Shown here one piece after another: positions 1 to 9,288 of a stretch of 55,062 nt of DNA (positions are counted from its first letter, which is position 1; every line of letters starts with the position of its first letter). A program made the translations under genes and the position numbers. Below the pieces are notes generated by a model that saw only the letters and a list, made by a program, of their open reading frames with translations, did no database searches and was not told where the DNA came from. This stretch comes from Caldithrix sp. (GTDB taxonomy: Bacteria; Zhuqueibacterota; Zhuqueibacteria; Oceanimicrobiales; Oceanimicrobiaceae). The stretch covers positions 1 through 55,062 of the forward strand of contig SMXC01000092.1 of NCBI GenBank assembly GCA_004356825.1, read 5' to 3'.

Positions 1-118
1 GACTGCTGACAGTCTCCAAATTAAACACATCCGAAACCGTAAGAAGATCGGAAGGCTCATTTGCCAGCGCTGTCGCGGGCAAGAAAAGTAGAACCAGAAA
101 TAATTGCAGCTTTTTCAT
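1..118 (-). CDS. 5' end of an exported protein, probably S9-family peptidase (runs off window)
   Basis: Manual translation MKKLQLFLVLLFLPATALANEPSDLLTVSDVFNLETVSS: signal peptide, AGGAGG RBS; DVFNLETVSS resembles the start of S9 peptidases. Confidence 0.55.
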   Translation of the reverse strand, partial: MKKLQLFLVLLFLPATALANEPSDLLTVSDVFNLETVSS

Positions 119-192
119 AACGTCCCTCCTTAGTTTGCTATAAATAATGTAACAGTATAATTATATAATTTGTTAGCCGTACCGATATCTCG

Positions 193-460
193 TCACACCT
201 TACTTTCCATACTTCGGCCGCTCCTCATAAATTTCATCTGAATGGGTAGTGAAATATTTTCCAAACATCCGAACATATTCCTCCCACTTTTTATCCGGCC
301 ATTTTTTTTAAAATTCTCCTCATCAATTTTCCCTGCTTCTTCTATATCAGCCCATGTTGCGCATTCCGTTATAAAAACCCAATCGCGAAAATCGCTGCCC
401 CAATGATGGCGAAGGACTTTTGCACTCAAATACTTTGGATTCATATTCTGCAGTTCAACC
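193..460 (-). pseudogene. Truncated, frameshifted remnant of a conserved hypothetical protein
   Basis: KVLRHHWGSDFRDWVFITE...DEENFKK then a shift in an A8 run (302-309) continues WPDKKWEEYVRMFGKYFTTHSDEIYEERPKYGK*; no plausible N-terminus. Confidence 0.5.
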
Positions 461-587
461 GAGACCATCATCAAAAATCCGACAAGAAGAAACTTGCATG
501 TCACTGATGAAACATCTACTGTTGCTAGCAGCTCGCGATTCGCAAATACTGAAATGCCTGGAGAGATTCCTGTTAATGTGTGACTGC

Positions 588-995
588 TTAAGTGAGGTCG
601 GGTCGATTTCGGCTTCTGATCTTAACCAAAAGATAGAAATAAGGGGTTAACTTGCAAGAAAATTTTTTTCGACCTCTTATTTTCAGATAACGCTCTTTAA
701 GAATATTGAGCTCCGCTGTTTTATCGTTAATTTCTGTGTCTGTACTTCTCAATTCCTCTTGGTCTCGGCAGGACTTGCGTTTTTCTTCTAAGTGCGAGAT
801 TTGTTTTAGCAACTCAAATTCCTGCGGCGGAAACCTGCTTTTTTCAAGAAATCAAAGATAATTCTGAACTGGACCGGCGTACGAAAATAATCGCTCAAGT
901 CGAGCGGTTGGCCATTCTCCGGCAGGTTGTCGAACTCGCCTTTTGCAACGGCTTCATTGATTCTTGCTTCTGGCATTTTTTCGAAAATATACCAT
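588..995 (-). pseudogene. DUF1992 domain protein, frameshifted
   Basis: IFEKMPEARINEAVAKGEFDNLPENGQPLDLSDYFRTP..FLKKAGF then shift (~828) to PQEFELLKQISHLEEK; start ATG at 995 is also out of frame by one base. Confidence 0.75.
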
Positions 996-1089
996 TATTA
1001 ATTTGGGTCTTTTTTTTATAGGTAAAAATAGAAAATTACGTTTGTCAATCAATACATTTTTTCGTTCAAAAACTAACTCCAAAAAAACC

Positions 1090-1118
1090 TTGACAAAGAG
1101 CGAAATTTTTGTTACGAT
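1090..1118 (+). promoter_or_regulatory. sigma70-type promoter of ssb
   Basis: TTGACA-N17-TACGAT, followed by AAGGAGAGG RBS. Confidence 0.65.
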
Positions 1119-1164
1119 AATATAATTAATTATAAAAGTTTTCATAAATTAAAGGAGAGGTCTT

Positions 1165-1632
1165 ATGGCTACAGGAAGGGGTAGTGTAAACAAAGTGATT
1201 CTGATCGGAAATTTGGGCTCTGATCCGGAATTAAAGTACACTCCAAGTGGGGCGGCGGTGACGAATTTTAATGTGGCCACCAACGAAGTTTGGAACGACA
1301 AAGATGGCAATAAACAGGAACGCACGGAATGGCATCGTGTCGTCCTGTGGAGGAAGCTGGCAGAAATTGCCGGTGAATATTTAAAAAAAGGTAGTAAAGT
1401 TTACCTTGAAGGTAGGTTGCAAACACGGTCGTGGGAGGATAAAGACGGGGTGAAACGATATACCACGGAAGTTGTTGCGGATAATATGACCATGCTCGAT
1501 GCAAAAAGTGAAGACGGCGGCAGTAGCAGCGGCGTTTCTTCTGCGCCTCCACCAAGCGAGGCGCCCGCAGCCGCTGACTCCGGTGCGCCCGCAGCCGCTG
1601 ACTCCGGTGCGGAAGACGACTTACCTTTTTGA
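1165..1632 (+). CDS. ssb: Single-stranded DNA-binding protein
   Basis: [33 protein letters not shown]-terminal DDLPF. Confidence 0.98.
   Translation: MATGRGSVNKVILIGNLGSDPELKYTPSGAAVTNFNVATNEVWNDKDGNKQERTEWHRVVLWRKLAEIAGEYLKKGSKVYLEGRLQTRSWEDKDGVKRYTTEVVADNMTMLDAKSEDGGSSSGVSSAPPPSEAPAAADSGAPAAADSGAEDDLPF
1561..1611 (+). repeat. Perfect 24-bp tandem duplication in the SSB linker (APAAADSG x2)
   Basis: gcgcccgcagccgctgactccggt twice. Confidence 0.95.
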
Positions 1633-1675
1633 CTGAGATAGTTAAGAATCATGCCTGGAAAGGCAGGACTTCAGG

Positions 1676-1707
1676 AAAAAATCCGAGAGCAATCTCGGAT
1701 TTTTTTT
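1676..1707 (+). terminator. Rho-independent terminator after ssb
   Basis: AAAAAA-TCCGAGA-gcaa-TCTCGGA-TTTTTTTT. Confidence 0.9.
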
Positions 1708-1731
1708 ACTCATAAAACAATGTTTAAAAAT

Positions 1732-1805
1732 AGCCACTGATTAAACACGGGAAAAGATATCCAAGTATGAAAAAATTTGTGTTTCACCCGTGCTAATTCG
1801 TGGCC
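1732..1805. repeat. Degenerate intergenic inverted repeat (GCCACnnATT..CACGG / CCGTG..AATTCGTGGC type)
   Basis: gccactgattaaacacggg ... cccgtgctaattcgtggc. Confidence 0.6.
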
Positions 1806-1827
1806 AAAATACATCATCCCTATTGAA

Positions 1828-2235
1828 ATGGATAACGGTAAACTTACCGAACTTATCAATTCCGCAGAAGCAGCTCAGCAAAGAGCTGTTGCGCCTTATT
1901 CAAACTTTCAAGTAGGCGCGGCTTTAGAAACCGAATCCGGTAAAATTTATTCCGGCTGCAATATCGAAGTCAGTTCTTACAGTTTGACGATTTGCGCCGA
2001 GCGGGTCGCCATTTTTAAAGCGCTTTCCGAGGGAGAAAAAGATTTTACCCAGTTAGTCGTCACCGCTAAAACCAAAGACTTTTGCCCGCCCTGCGGTGCT
2101 TGCCGTCAGGTTTTGATCGACTATGCACCCAACATTAAAATTTTCATGCTCAATTCTGCAGGCGAAGCAAAAGAGACAACAATTGCTGAATTGCTCCCTG
2201 AGGCTTTCACCAGGAACTTTTTATTGGATTCGTAA
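1828..2235 (+). CDS. cdd: Cytidine deaminase (homotetrameric type)
   Basis: APYSNFQVGAAL, GCNIE, CAERVA, PCGACRQ; likely start ATG 1828. Confidence 0.96.
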   Translation: MDNGKLTELINSAEAAQQRAVAPYSNFQVGAALETESGKIYSGCNIEVSSYSLTICAERVAIFKALSEGEKDFTQLVVTAKTKDFCPPCGACRQVLIDYAPNIKIFMLNSAGEAKETTIAELLPEAFTRNFLLDS

Positions 2236-2258
2236 CATTTTTTTGAACCGGAGAACCC

Positions 2259-2317
2259 GTAAGACACCTCTTGTGGGTACCCAAGCAGCGAGGGCAGGCA
2301 CAAAGTCCTGTCCTGCC
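2259..2317. repeat. Degenerate GTAG-type REP-like palindrome pair
   Basis: gtaagacacctcttgtgggtaccc ... gggcaggcacaaagtcctgtcc; two imperfect hairpins. Confidence 0.4.
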
Positions 2318-2340
2318 ATAACCGCAACCCAACAAAGAAT

Positions 2341-2979
2341 TTGAAGAAAAAAGGCATCTTAATCGGCATTGCCGGTGGTTCGGGTTCGGGAAAGACCCTG
2401 GTCGCCGAAACCATTTACAAAGACCTCGGTTCGGACAAGGTCATTTTGCTGAAACAGGACTCTTATTACAAAGATTTGAGTCACCTGCCTTTGGAAAAAC
2501 GCCACGAACAGAACTTCGATCATCCGGATGCCATCGACTCCGAACTTTTTGTCGCACAGGTTAAAGATTTGTTAGCCGGCCGGACGATTGAAGAGCCGGT
2601 ATATAATTTCGTTACTCACAACCGCCACAAAGCGACCAAGACAGTCGGACCGCATTCGATGATTGTGCTGGACGGGATTTTGATTTTAAATAATGTTGAA
2701 CTTCGCGATTTGATGGATATAAAAGTTTACGTTGATACAGATCCGGATATCCGGGTTCTTCGGCGTTTAAAGCGTGATATTCTTGAACGCGGCAGATCGA
2801 TGGAGTCCGTCATCGAGCAGTATGAGCAGAGCGTACGGCCCATGCATTTACAATTTGTTGAACCATCTAAAAGATATGCGGATATTATTGTGCCCGAAGG
2901 CGGATATAATAAAGTCGCAATTGATTTACTAAAAACCAAAATAGAAGCTTTGCTTAAAGAGGAAAACACCGCGAGTTAG
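2341..2979 (+). CDS. udk: Uridine kinase
   Basis: GIAGGSGSGKT, QDSYYKD, NFDHPDA, VEPSKRYADIIVP. Confidence 0.97.
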   Translation: MKKKGILIGIAGGSGSGKTLVAETIYKDLGSDKVILLKQDSYYKDLSHLPLEKRHEQNFDHPDAIDSELFVAQVKDLLAGRTIEEPVYNFVTHNRHKATKTVGPHSMIVLDGILILNNVELRDLMDIKVYVDTDPDIRVLRRLKRDILERGRSMESVIEQYEQSVRPMHLQFVEPSKRYADIIVPEGGYNKVAIDLLKTKIEALLKEENTAS

Positions 2980-2997
2980 CAAACAGTAAGGAGCGGC

Positions 2998-3430
2998 ATG
3001 ACCCGGTTTACCGCAACACGAAGCATTAACGCACGCATTGATTTGGTTTTCAAAACCATATCGGATATCAATAATTTTTCGAAGTCGATCCCCGATGTTA
3101 TAAATGTGAATTTCTATCAGATGTTAAATCAGGTGTCGGAACGCGTTTTCGTGAAACACGGCTGATAAAGGCAAAGAAGCGATGACGGAACTCGAGGTGA
3201 CCGAGTTTGTCGAAAACGATCATGTTCGGTATGTAACGGATAGCCATGGCACTGTTTGGGACACAGTGATGAGCGTTAAAGCGGTAGATGACAAAACCGA
3301 TTTAACCCTGATCATGGATGCGAGACCACATAAATTTATGCAAAAAATGGTGGGTCCAATGATAAAGGGTATGATTTCAAAAGCACTTGAAAAAGATATG
3401 GATTCTGTGCAAGCCTATTGCGAGAAATGA
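2998..3430 (+). pseudogene. SRPBCC (polyketide cyclase-like) family protein with two frameshifts
   Basis: AAGGAG RBS, MTRFTATRSINARIDLVFKTISDINNF..; shift ~3107 gives EFLSDVKSGVGTRFRETRL; shift ~3166 gives KGKEAMTELEVTEFVEND.. to stop 3430. Confidence 0.8.
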
Positions 3431-3476
3431 TCTTCCTGGGCATGTGCACGAAACCAACAGCAAATGGAGACTCAGA

Positions 3477-4046
3477 ATGCTTCACGTTGTTACAAAAGAT
3501 TTAGGATGGATTGAAGTCATCACCGGCAGCATGTTCAGCGGGAAATCTGAAGAGTTGATTCGGAGGTTGAGACGGGCGCAAATCGCGCAACAGGAAGTCG
3601 CGATATTCAAACCTGAGATCGATACCAGGTTTTCGAGTAACCACATTGTTTCACATAATGAGCAGAGGATTCCGTCCATTGCAGTCAAAGACGTCGCCGA
3701 AATTTTCGAGAAATCAAAAGATGCCAAGGTCATCGGCATCGACGAGGGTCAATTTTTTGGTCTGGAGTTGATCGATGTCTGCCAAAAACTGGCGTTTCAG
3801 GGGAAGCGGGTAATCGTTGCCGGGTTGGACCAGGATTACCTGGGACAGCCGTTTGAGCCTATGCCGCAGATGCTGGCCATTGCGGAGTCAATCACAAAAA
3901 CCCTGGCGATTTGCGTTAAATGCGGTAACCCGGCAAATCGCACACAAAGAATAACCCAGGATACGGGTAGGGTTTTGGTTGGCGCCACAGATATTTATGA
4001 AGCAAGATGCCGTACTTGTTATGAACCACCTGAGGAAGCTGAATAA
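3477..4046 (+). CDS. tdk: Thymidine kinase (type II)
   Basis: GWIEVITGSMFSGKSEEL, IDEGQFF, AGLDQD, CVKC...YEARCRTC; start ATG 3477 with GGAGA RBS. Confidence 0.97.
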   Translation: MLHVVTKDLGWIEVITGSMFSGKSEELIRRLRRAQIAQQEVAIFKPEIDTRFSSNHIVSHNEQRIPSIAVKDVAEIFEKSKDAKVIGIDEGQFFGLELIDVCQKLAFQGKRVIVAGLDQDYLGQPFEPMPQMLAIAESITKTLAICVKCGNPANRTQRITQDTGRVLVGATDIYEARCRTCYEPPEEAE

Positions 4047-4153
4047 TTGAACAGGCTGTCATAGCCGAAGTGGCCACACTTCGGGTTCGGTAGGCCGACT
4101 CCGGCGAGTTCTGCTACATTTGGGATATTGAAATTTAAAGGAGGGAAATAAAA

Positions 4154-5464
4154 ATGGAGCGTCTTATCAGTGTTTTCGGATGTTTCGTACTCATCGGTAT
4201 TGCCTGGCTGCTTTCAAATAATAAACGGAAAATTAATTACCGGGTGGTCGTTTGGGGGTTGTTACTGCAATTGGTTTTTGCGGTGATTATTCTCAAAACC
4301 GGCCCGGGACAGGCGGTCTTTGTCTATGCCAATGTAGTGATTACCAGGCTGCTCAGTTTTACGGATATCGGCGCCGAGTTTCTCTTCGGTAACTTGTATC
4401 GCGGCGATCCCGGTGTTGTCAAAGGTTTGGAGGAAGTTTCTCCCCGCCAAGGTTTGCCTCCAGGCCCTTTTCAACTCTGGAGTCCGGGAACAAAATCATT
4501 TGTCAATATTGGAATCTCGTTTGCAATGCATGTTTTGCCGACGATCATCTTTTTTGCATCCCTGATGTCGATTTTGTACCACATCGGCGTGATGCAAAAA
4601 CTCGTGCAGGGAGTTGCCTGGGTGATGGCAAAATTTTTGGGCACGAGTGGCGCCGAGAGCCTTTCCGTTGCCTCCAATATTTTTGTCGGACAAACTGAAG
4701 CGCCTCTGGTCATCCGGCCGTTTGTTGCAAAAATGACCCAGTCTGAGCTGATGGCGGTTATGTGCGGCGGCTTTGCGACTATTGCAGGAGGAGTGATGGC
4801 GGCTTATGTTCGCTTTGGCGCGGATGCGGGACACCTCATGGCCGCCAGTGTGATGTCGGCGCCAGCCGCTTTGGTGATGGCGAAGATTATTTTCCCGGAA
4901 ACCGAGCAGCCCGAAACTGCCGGAACGGCAGAGATAAACGTAGAAAAAACTACCGTCAATGTCGTTGATGCGGCAGCCACAGGCGCTGCCGACGGCCTTA
5001 AATTGGCACTGAATGTCGGCGCAATGCTCCTTGCTTTTTATGCTTTGATTCATTTATTGGATTTTGGTTTCATAAAAATTAGTTCGATTTTTGGTCTGGA
5101 GGAATTTGGCCTGAAGAAAATGCTGGGGTATGCATTCGCGCCATTGGCTTTAGTTATGGGTGTTGAACCCGCCGATGCTTTGAACTTCGGTTATCTTTTG
5201 GGAACGAAGATTTCCTTGAATGAATTTGTCGCTTTTGTGCAATTAGGTGAGTTGAAAGAGACTTTGTCTCCAAGATCATTTACCATCGGTACTTACGCTT
5301 TGTGCGGATTTGCTAATTTTAGTTCTATTGCAATTCAAATCGGCGGCATTGGCAGCATTGCGCCGGAACGAAAAGGGGATCTGGCCAGACTTGGTTTAAA
5401 GGCGATGATCGGTGGCGCCTTGGCTTCGTGGTTGACCGCCACGATTGCGGGGATCTTGATTTAA
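4154..5464 (+). CDS. nupC: NupC/CNT family Na+/H+-nucleoside transporter
   Basis: LPTIIFFASL, NIFVGQTEAPL, GGFATIAGGV, NEFVAF, CGFANFSSIAI. Confidence 0.95.
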   Translation: MERLISVFGCFVLIGIAWLLSNNKRKINYRVVVWGLLLQLVFAVIILKTGPGQAVFVYANVVITRLLSFTDIGAEFLFGNLYRGDPGVVKGLEEVSPRQGLPPGPFQLWSPGTKSFVNIGISFAMHVLPTIIFFASLMSILYHIGVMQKLVQGVAWVMAKFLGTSGAESLSVASNIFVGQTEAPLVIRPFVAKMTQSELMAVMCGGFATIAGGVMAAYVRFGADAGHLMAASVMSAPAALVMAKIIFPETEQPETAGTAEINVEKTTVNVVDAAATGAADGLKLALNVGAMLLAFYALIHLLDFGFIKISSIFGLEEFGLKKMLGYAFAPLALVMGVEPADALNFGYLLGTKISLNEFVAFVQLGELKETLSPRSFTIGTYALCGFANFSSIAIQIGGIGSIAPERKGDLARLGLKAMIGGALASWLTATIAGILI

Positions 5465-5493
5465 AGTTCGGAAGTCTTTTGTTCTATAGATTG

Positions 5494-5532
5494 AAAAAGC
5501 CTCTGATTTTAATTAGTCAGGGGCTTTTTTTT
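5494..5532. terminator. Bidirectional terminator between convergent genes
   Basis: AAAAAGCCTCTGATT-ttaatt-AGTCAGGGGCTTTTTTTT. Confidence 0.85.
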
Positions 5533-6932
5533 ATTCTGTCCCTGATCTGGTCAAATATCAAAAGAAAGTAAAATGGCGAGTACTCCAGCCATTTAACCCA
5601 GGCGGTTTCCTGCCAAATTCCGGTTTTAGAATAGTCGATCAAAATCCAGTAAGACAAGCTGGCCAATCCTGTCAGTAAAATCCAGGCGCGGTTTGGCACG
5701 ACCACGAGAAATGGCAACAGCCAGCAGAGATACCAGGGGTGTGCAGTCGGGCTGAGCAGAAAAAAACCGCCAAAAAATATCAGGCCAAGTTTGAAAACCC
5801 AAACATTCCCTTCTCTTAGGAAGTCTTTTTTAAATCTTAAAATGAAGTAAACAAACAGGCTTGCGAACATAACGCCAATGATTCGTTTTGAAAACTCCAG
5901 AGCGGAATCGGTATTTTGGGTCCAGAATTTTGTGACTGCTGAAAAGATCAAGGAAAAGATTGAATCGTTAAATCGCCATTTGGCGGTGTAGATTAAAAGC
6001 CCGGAAAACAATTTTTCTCCGGCGTCGGCGTAGGGCAAATACAAGAGGGTGGTAAAGATGACAAAAAATAGAAGTAGCACCGACTTATTTTCTCTTTTTA
6101 CCAGCGTAATGAAAGGTAGCAAAAAGACGGCGATAAACTTTGTTAAAAAAGAGAGTACTAAAATAAAATTTGACCACAAAAGCTGTTTTCGGGTTAAGAA
6201 CCAAAGCGCAAGGGTTAGGAGAAAAATCCCGATTATGTCCGCATGCCCGTTGCCGGAAATTTCAACAACAATTAGCGGGTTCCAAACATAGAGTAAGACT
6301 CGCTTCAAACCGAGCCCAAGATTTTTGAGCACCAAAATTAGAATTGCAATCGTTAATAAATCAAGACCCAAAAAGGCGGCTTTGAATGCCAGAAGTGAGG
6401 GGTTCAACTTATAGAGACCCCAAAAAGTAAGTTGACTCACCGGCGGGTAAATCGTTAAGATTTCTTTATGGTTAACATTTGGATAAATGGAATCATCCCG
6501 CAGCGGTTCCAGTTCTTCCGCATCGGGTGCGTAATGATAGGGGTTAATCCCTTGTGAGGCCACCTTGCCGTCCCAAATATAGCGGTAAATATCATCCGAA
6601 AGAGTCGGCGTGGTAAAAAGCAGCGTCAGTCTAAATATTATCCCAAAAACGATTCCAACCGTCAGGAATTCTTTTGTTGAAACTTTTTCTGCGGTCAGTT
6701 TAATCCGGATTTTTTTTAGCCACTGAATGTTCCTTCCATTTTTTTGTTTTGGAACAATATCAAAAAAGAGCGCAGCAGCCGCCAAATAAAATAGAAAAAT
6801 AACGGCGTAGCATATCAAGAAAAGTGGGATCTGAGTTCTAAGATTCTCCATTCCGGCAATCACCAGATAGCAGATTTCTGAACCGAGCGCAAAGCCTAAG
6901 ATTGTTTTGATGTTATGGGTTTTTGGGCTCAT
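5517..6932 (-). CDS. Polytopic GT-C glycosyltransferase (GT87/DUF2029-like)
   Basis: LSDDIYRYIWDG, GINPY, TIYPP, WNPL, GHAD, HPWY motifs; many TM segments. Confidence 0.85.
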   Translation of the reverse strand: MSPKTHNIKTILGFALGSEICYLVIAGMENLRTQIPLFLICYAVIFLFYLAAAALFFDIVPKQKNGRNIQWLKKIRIKLTAEKVSTKEFLTVGIVFGIIFRLTLLFTTPTLSDDIYRYIWDGKVASQGINPYHYAPDAEELEPLRDDSIYPNVNHKEILTIYPPVSQLTFWGLYKLNPSLLAFKAAFLGLDLLTIAILILVLKNLGLGLKRVLLYVWNPLIVVEISGNGHADIIGIFLLTLALWFLTRKQLLWSNFILVLSFLTKFIAVFLLPFITLVKRENKSVLLLFFVIFTTLLYLPYADAGEKLFSGLLIYTAKWRFNDSIFSLIFSAVTKFWTQNTDSALEFSKRIIGVMFASLFVYFILRFKKDFLREGNVWVFKLGLIFFGGFFLLSPTAHPWYLCWLLPFLVVVPNRAWILLTGLASLSYWILIDYSKTGIWQETAWVKWLEYSPFYFLLIFDQIRDRIKKSP

Positions 6933-7026
6933 TTCCCTACGTGTGGTTTCATTTATTACTATTTAAGGATTATTAAAGATGTAAAGTTAGCATTTTTCTT
7001 AAATAACAAAAGACAATTATTTAATT

Positions 7027-7053
7027 TAAGGGCCCCATGCAAAATGTCGATAT
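7027..7053 (+). promoter_or_regulatory. Putative sigma28 (FliA) promoter
   Basis: TAAG-N15-GTCGATAT versus consensus TAAA-N15-GCCGATAA; same variant as 54193-54219. Confidence 0.6.
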
Positions 7054-7102
7054 AAAAATGTCAATTCGCCGATCATCATAACTTTAAAAAGTTCCTCTGA
7101 AT

Positions 7103-7702
7103 TTGCATAGTAAAATCGATACTATTCCCCTGGTAAGCGAGCTGTCAAAACTCTCAATTCGTGAAGTGCTTTTGGCAGCCATTCAATCAACTCAATCCTT
7201 CGGTTTGAATAAAAACATCGGAATCAAGTACCACAAGCCCAGAACAGACGACTGTGTTTTGGGCGATCATGAGCAGCTATTGCAGGTGACGAAGAATTTG
7301 ATTACCAACGCTATTCGATTCGGGAGCAAAGGTGATCAAGTTTTGATAGAACAAGACATCATTCAGGGCAAGCGATACAACGATATTACTGATTTTGTAA
7401 GAGTTGGCATTCGAATTTGCGGACAGGGCATTTCCAAGGAAATGTTCGACATTGTCATTGAAAAATTTCAGAATCTAACCGAACTTTTGCGTGTTAAACC
7501 TCGGGAGACTTCCGGGCTTGAATTATCATACTCGCAGCAGGTGATCAAGAATTTAGGTGGCAACATTTGGGTCAAAAGCCGGCTTGGTAAAGGAATGACT
7601 TTTTATTTTACAATTCCTCTTACACAAAAAGTAAAGAATCGGCGTGAGAGCAAATCAATAAATAGAGTGGATATTAAAAATCCATCATCGGTCAATGTTT
7701 AA
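7103..7702 (+). CDS. Stand-alone degenerate HATPase_c domain protein (no HisKA domain)
   Basis: N box NLITNAIRF, altered G1 (RICGQGI), altered G2 (SGLELS), GGNIWVKSRLGKGMTFYFTIP; in-frame stop at 7085 upstream. Confidence 0.75.
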   Translation: MHSKIDTIPLVSELSKLSIREVLLAAIQSTQSFGLNKNIGIKYHKPRTDDCVLGDHEQLLQVTKNLITNAIRFGSKGDQVLIEQDIIQGKRYNDITDFVRVGIRICGQGISKEMFDIVIEKFQNLTELLRVKPRETSGLELSYSQQVIKNLGGNIWVKSRLGKGMTFYFTIPLTQKVKNRRESKSINRVDIKNPSSVNV

Positions 7703-7741
7703 ATTAACAGAACGAAATGGATAGATTTTAATCAAAAAGTG

Positions 7742-7772
7742 GTAATTTTTTATATAAACCAGTAATTTTTAC
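7742..7772. promoter_or_regulatory. Paired GTAA-N3-TTAC-like boxes, candidate enhancer (UAS)
   Basis: GTAATTTTTTA (7742) and ccaGTAATTTTTACtgg (7762), 20 bp apart. Confidence 0.45.
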
Positions 7773-7962
7773 TGGTCGAAAGTCGACCATGATAGTTGTA
7801 TAAAAAAACATAGACTTAAGATGTACTTTCTATAGGAGATGTTGTCTTTTGGTAGCAAAATGTAATCTAACTTTATAGAACCTTTCAGAGGTTAAAAGTT
7901 ACTAAACATTTGTTTATTTTAAGCTTGGCTTGTTACAAAAATATAAAATCTATCTTAGATTG

Positions 7963-7978
7963 TTGGAATGTATTTTGC
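7963..7978 (+). promoter_or_regulatory. Putative sigma54 promoter
   Basis: TTGGAATGTATTTTGC, GG-N10-GC. Confidence 0.55.
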
Positions 7979-8062
7979 CATAAGTCAGAGAGATTTTGGC
8001 AGGACAAAGGGTCATTATAATTAGTGAGGTAATTTAGTAATTTACAACAATGGAGCCGTGAC

Positions 8063-8995
8063 ATGAAGTCAACTTACCCATCAAACCTTAGAGGGGTTAT
8101 TTCGCAGGGACTGCGAAAATTTCATCTTTTGCTGCTGCTGATCTTTATTTCAAGCCCGGTTTTCGGCCAGCAATTTACACCTATGGGCCGAGACACTTAT
8201 TTCTTTGATTTTCTGACCTTCAAAGCTTTTGATGGCGATAAAACTTTATTAGAAGTCTTCTGTAAAATCCCGTTTAAGAGTTTGAAATTTACTCAGACTC
8301 CATCCGGTCTCATTGCATATTATAACCTTGAGCTCACTCTCTTTAATAAAAAGAATATGCCGATTGAGACTTCAAGTTATACCGATTCAGTTAAAATAGA
8401 CTCGTATCAAGAAGCCAAGAATTTGAGAGCCCATTCGGAAGTTATCCGGTTTACATTTGTCATTAAACCGGACGACTATAAAGCTCATATGATAATTACA
8501 GATAACTACTCACTTGCATTCAAAGGTTTTAGAAGAAATTTGCATGTTCCAAATTACACTGAGAAAGGTTTACAGGCTAGTGATATTCAAATGGCCACTT
8601 CTATCACGACAACCAATCAGCAAACTATTTTAGTCAAAAATGGCAGAGAAATTATTCCGAATGTGGGACACATTTATGGGGTTGACTCTGAAATATTATA
8701 CGTATATTCTGAACTTTATAATTTATCTCATAAGAGAAAAAGTAACTTTAATGAATTTTTGGCTACCTTTACTATTATAGATCAGAATGGCAAGAAGGTA
8801 AAAGAATTCCAGCACAAGCAAAATAAGCCGGGAAAAACCTGTGCATTTAGTTTAGGGATACCCGTTGGTGAGCTGGAATCTGGTCAATATAAACTTGTTA
8901 TGGATGTGATAGATTTAGATAATTCTAAGACTGTAACCAAGGTGACCAATTTTCATATAGTTAAAGACAGGCCAGTGCGAAGGATTGTGATTTAA
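8063..8995 (+). CDS. Exported hypothetical protein, beta-rich, resembling the N-terminal region of GWxTD-domain proteins
   Basis: Signal peptide (LLLLIFISSPVFGQ); SDIQMA, IIPNVGHIYG, LYVYSELYNL, GQYKLVMDVID; no GWxTD motif. Confidence 0.7.
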   Translation: MKSTYPSNLRGVISQGLRKFHLLLLLIFISSPVFGQQFTPMGRDTYFFDFLTFKAFDGDKTLLEVFCKIPFKSLKFTQTPSGLIAYYNLELTLFNKKNMPIETSSYTDSVKIDSYQEAKNLRAHSEVIRFTFVIKPDDYKAHMIITDNYSLAFKGFRRNLHVPNYTEKGLQASDIQMATSITTTNQQTILVKNGREIIPNVGHIYGVDSEILYVYSELYNLSHKRKSNFNEFLATFTIIDQNGKKVKEFQHKQNKPGKTCAFSLGIPVGELESGQYKLVMDVIDLDNSKTVTKVTNFHIVKDRPVRRIVI

Positions 8996-9288
8996 GACGA
9001 AGTTATTCCACCTCAAACATTTGTCTTAATGCGAAAAACCTTATTCGCTTTGCATCCTCGATTTTTGCGGTGATTTATTATTAGTGCTTCCAATAATTGG
9101 TGTTATGTTTTCAGCACTTATAACCTTAAGAGAGCCACGCTATCGCATTCCCTTCGACGGATTTCTTATATTATTAGCCGCACGGACGTATATTGGAGTG
9201 AATAACGAAGATCACTTCATTTTGTATAATGAATTAAATTAATTATTAGAATATCTCTGTGTCTCCGCAAACCTCTGCGGTGAATATT

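Noticed and set aside
162-188. Possible sigma28 promoter (ACCGATAT)
   Set aside because: Poor -35 match and no plus-strand gene downstream
954-1145. 63-aa minus-strand ORF
   Set aside because: AT-rich promoter region of ssb; only its last codons belong to the DUF1992 remnant
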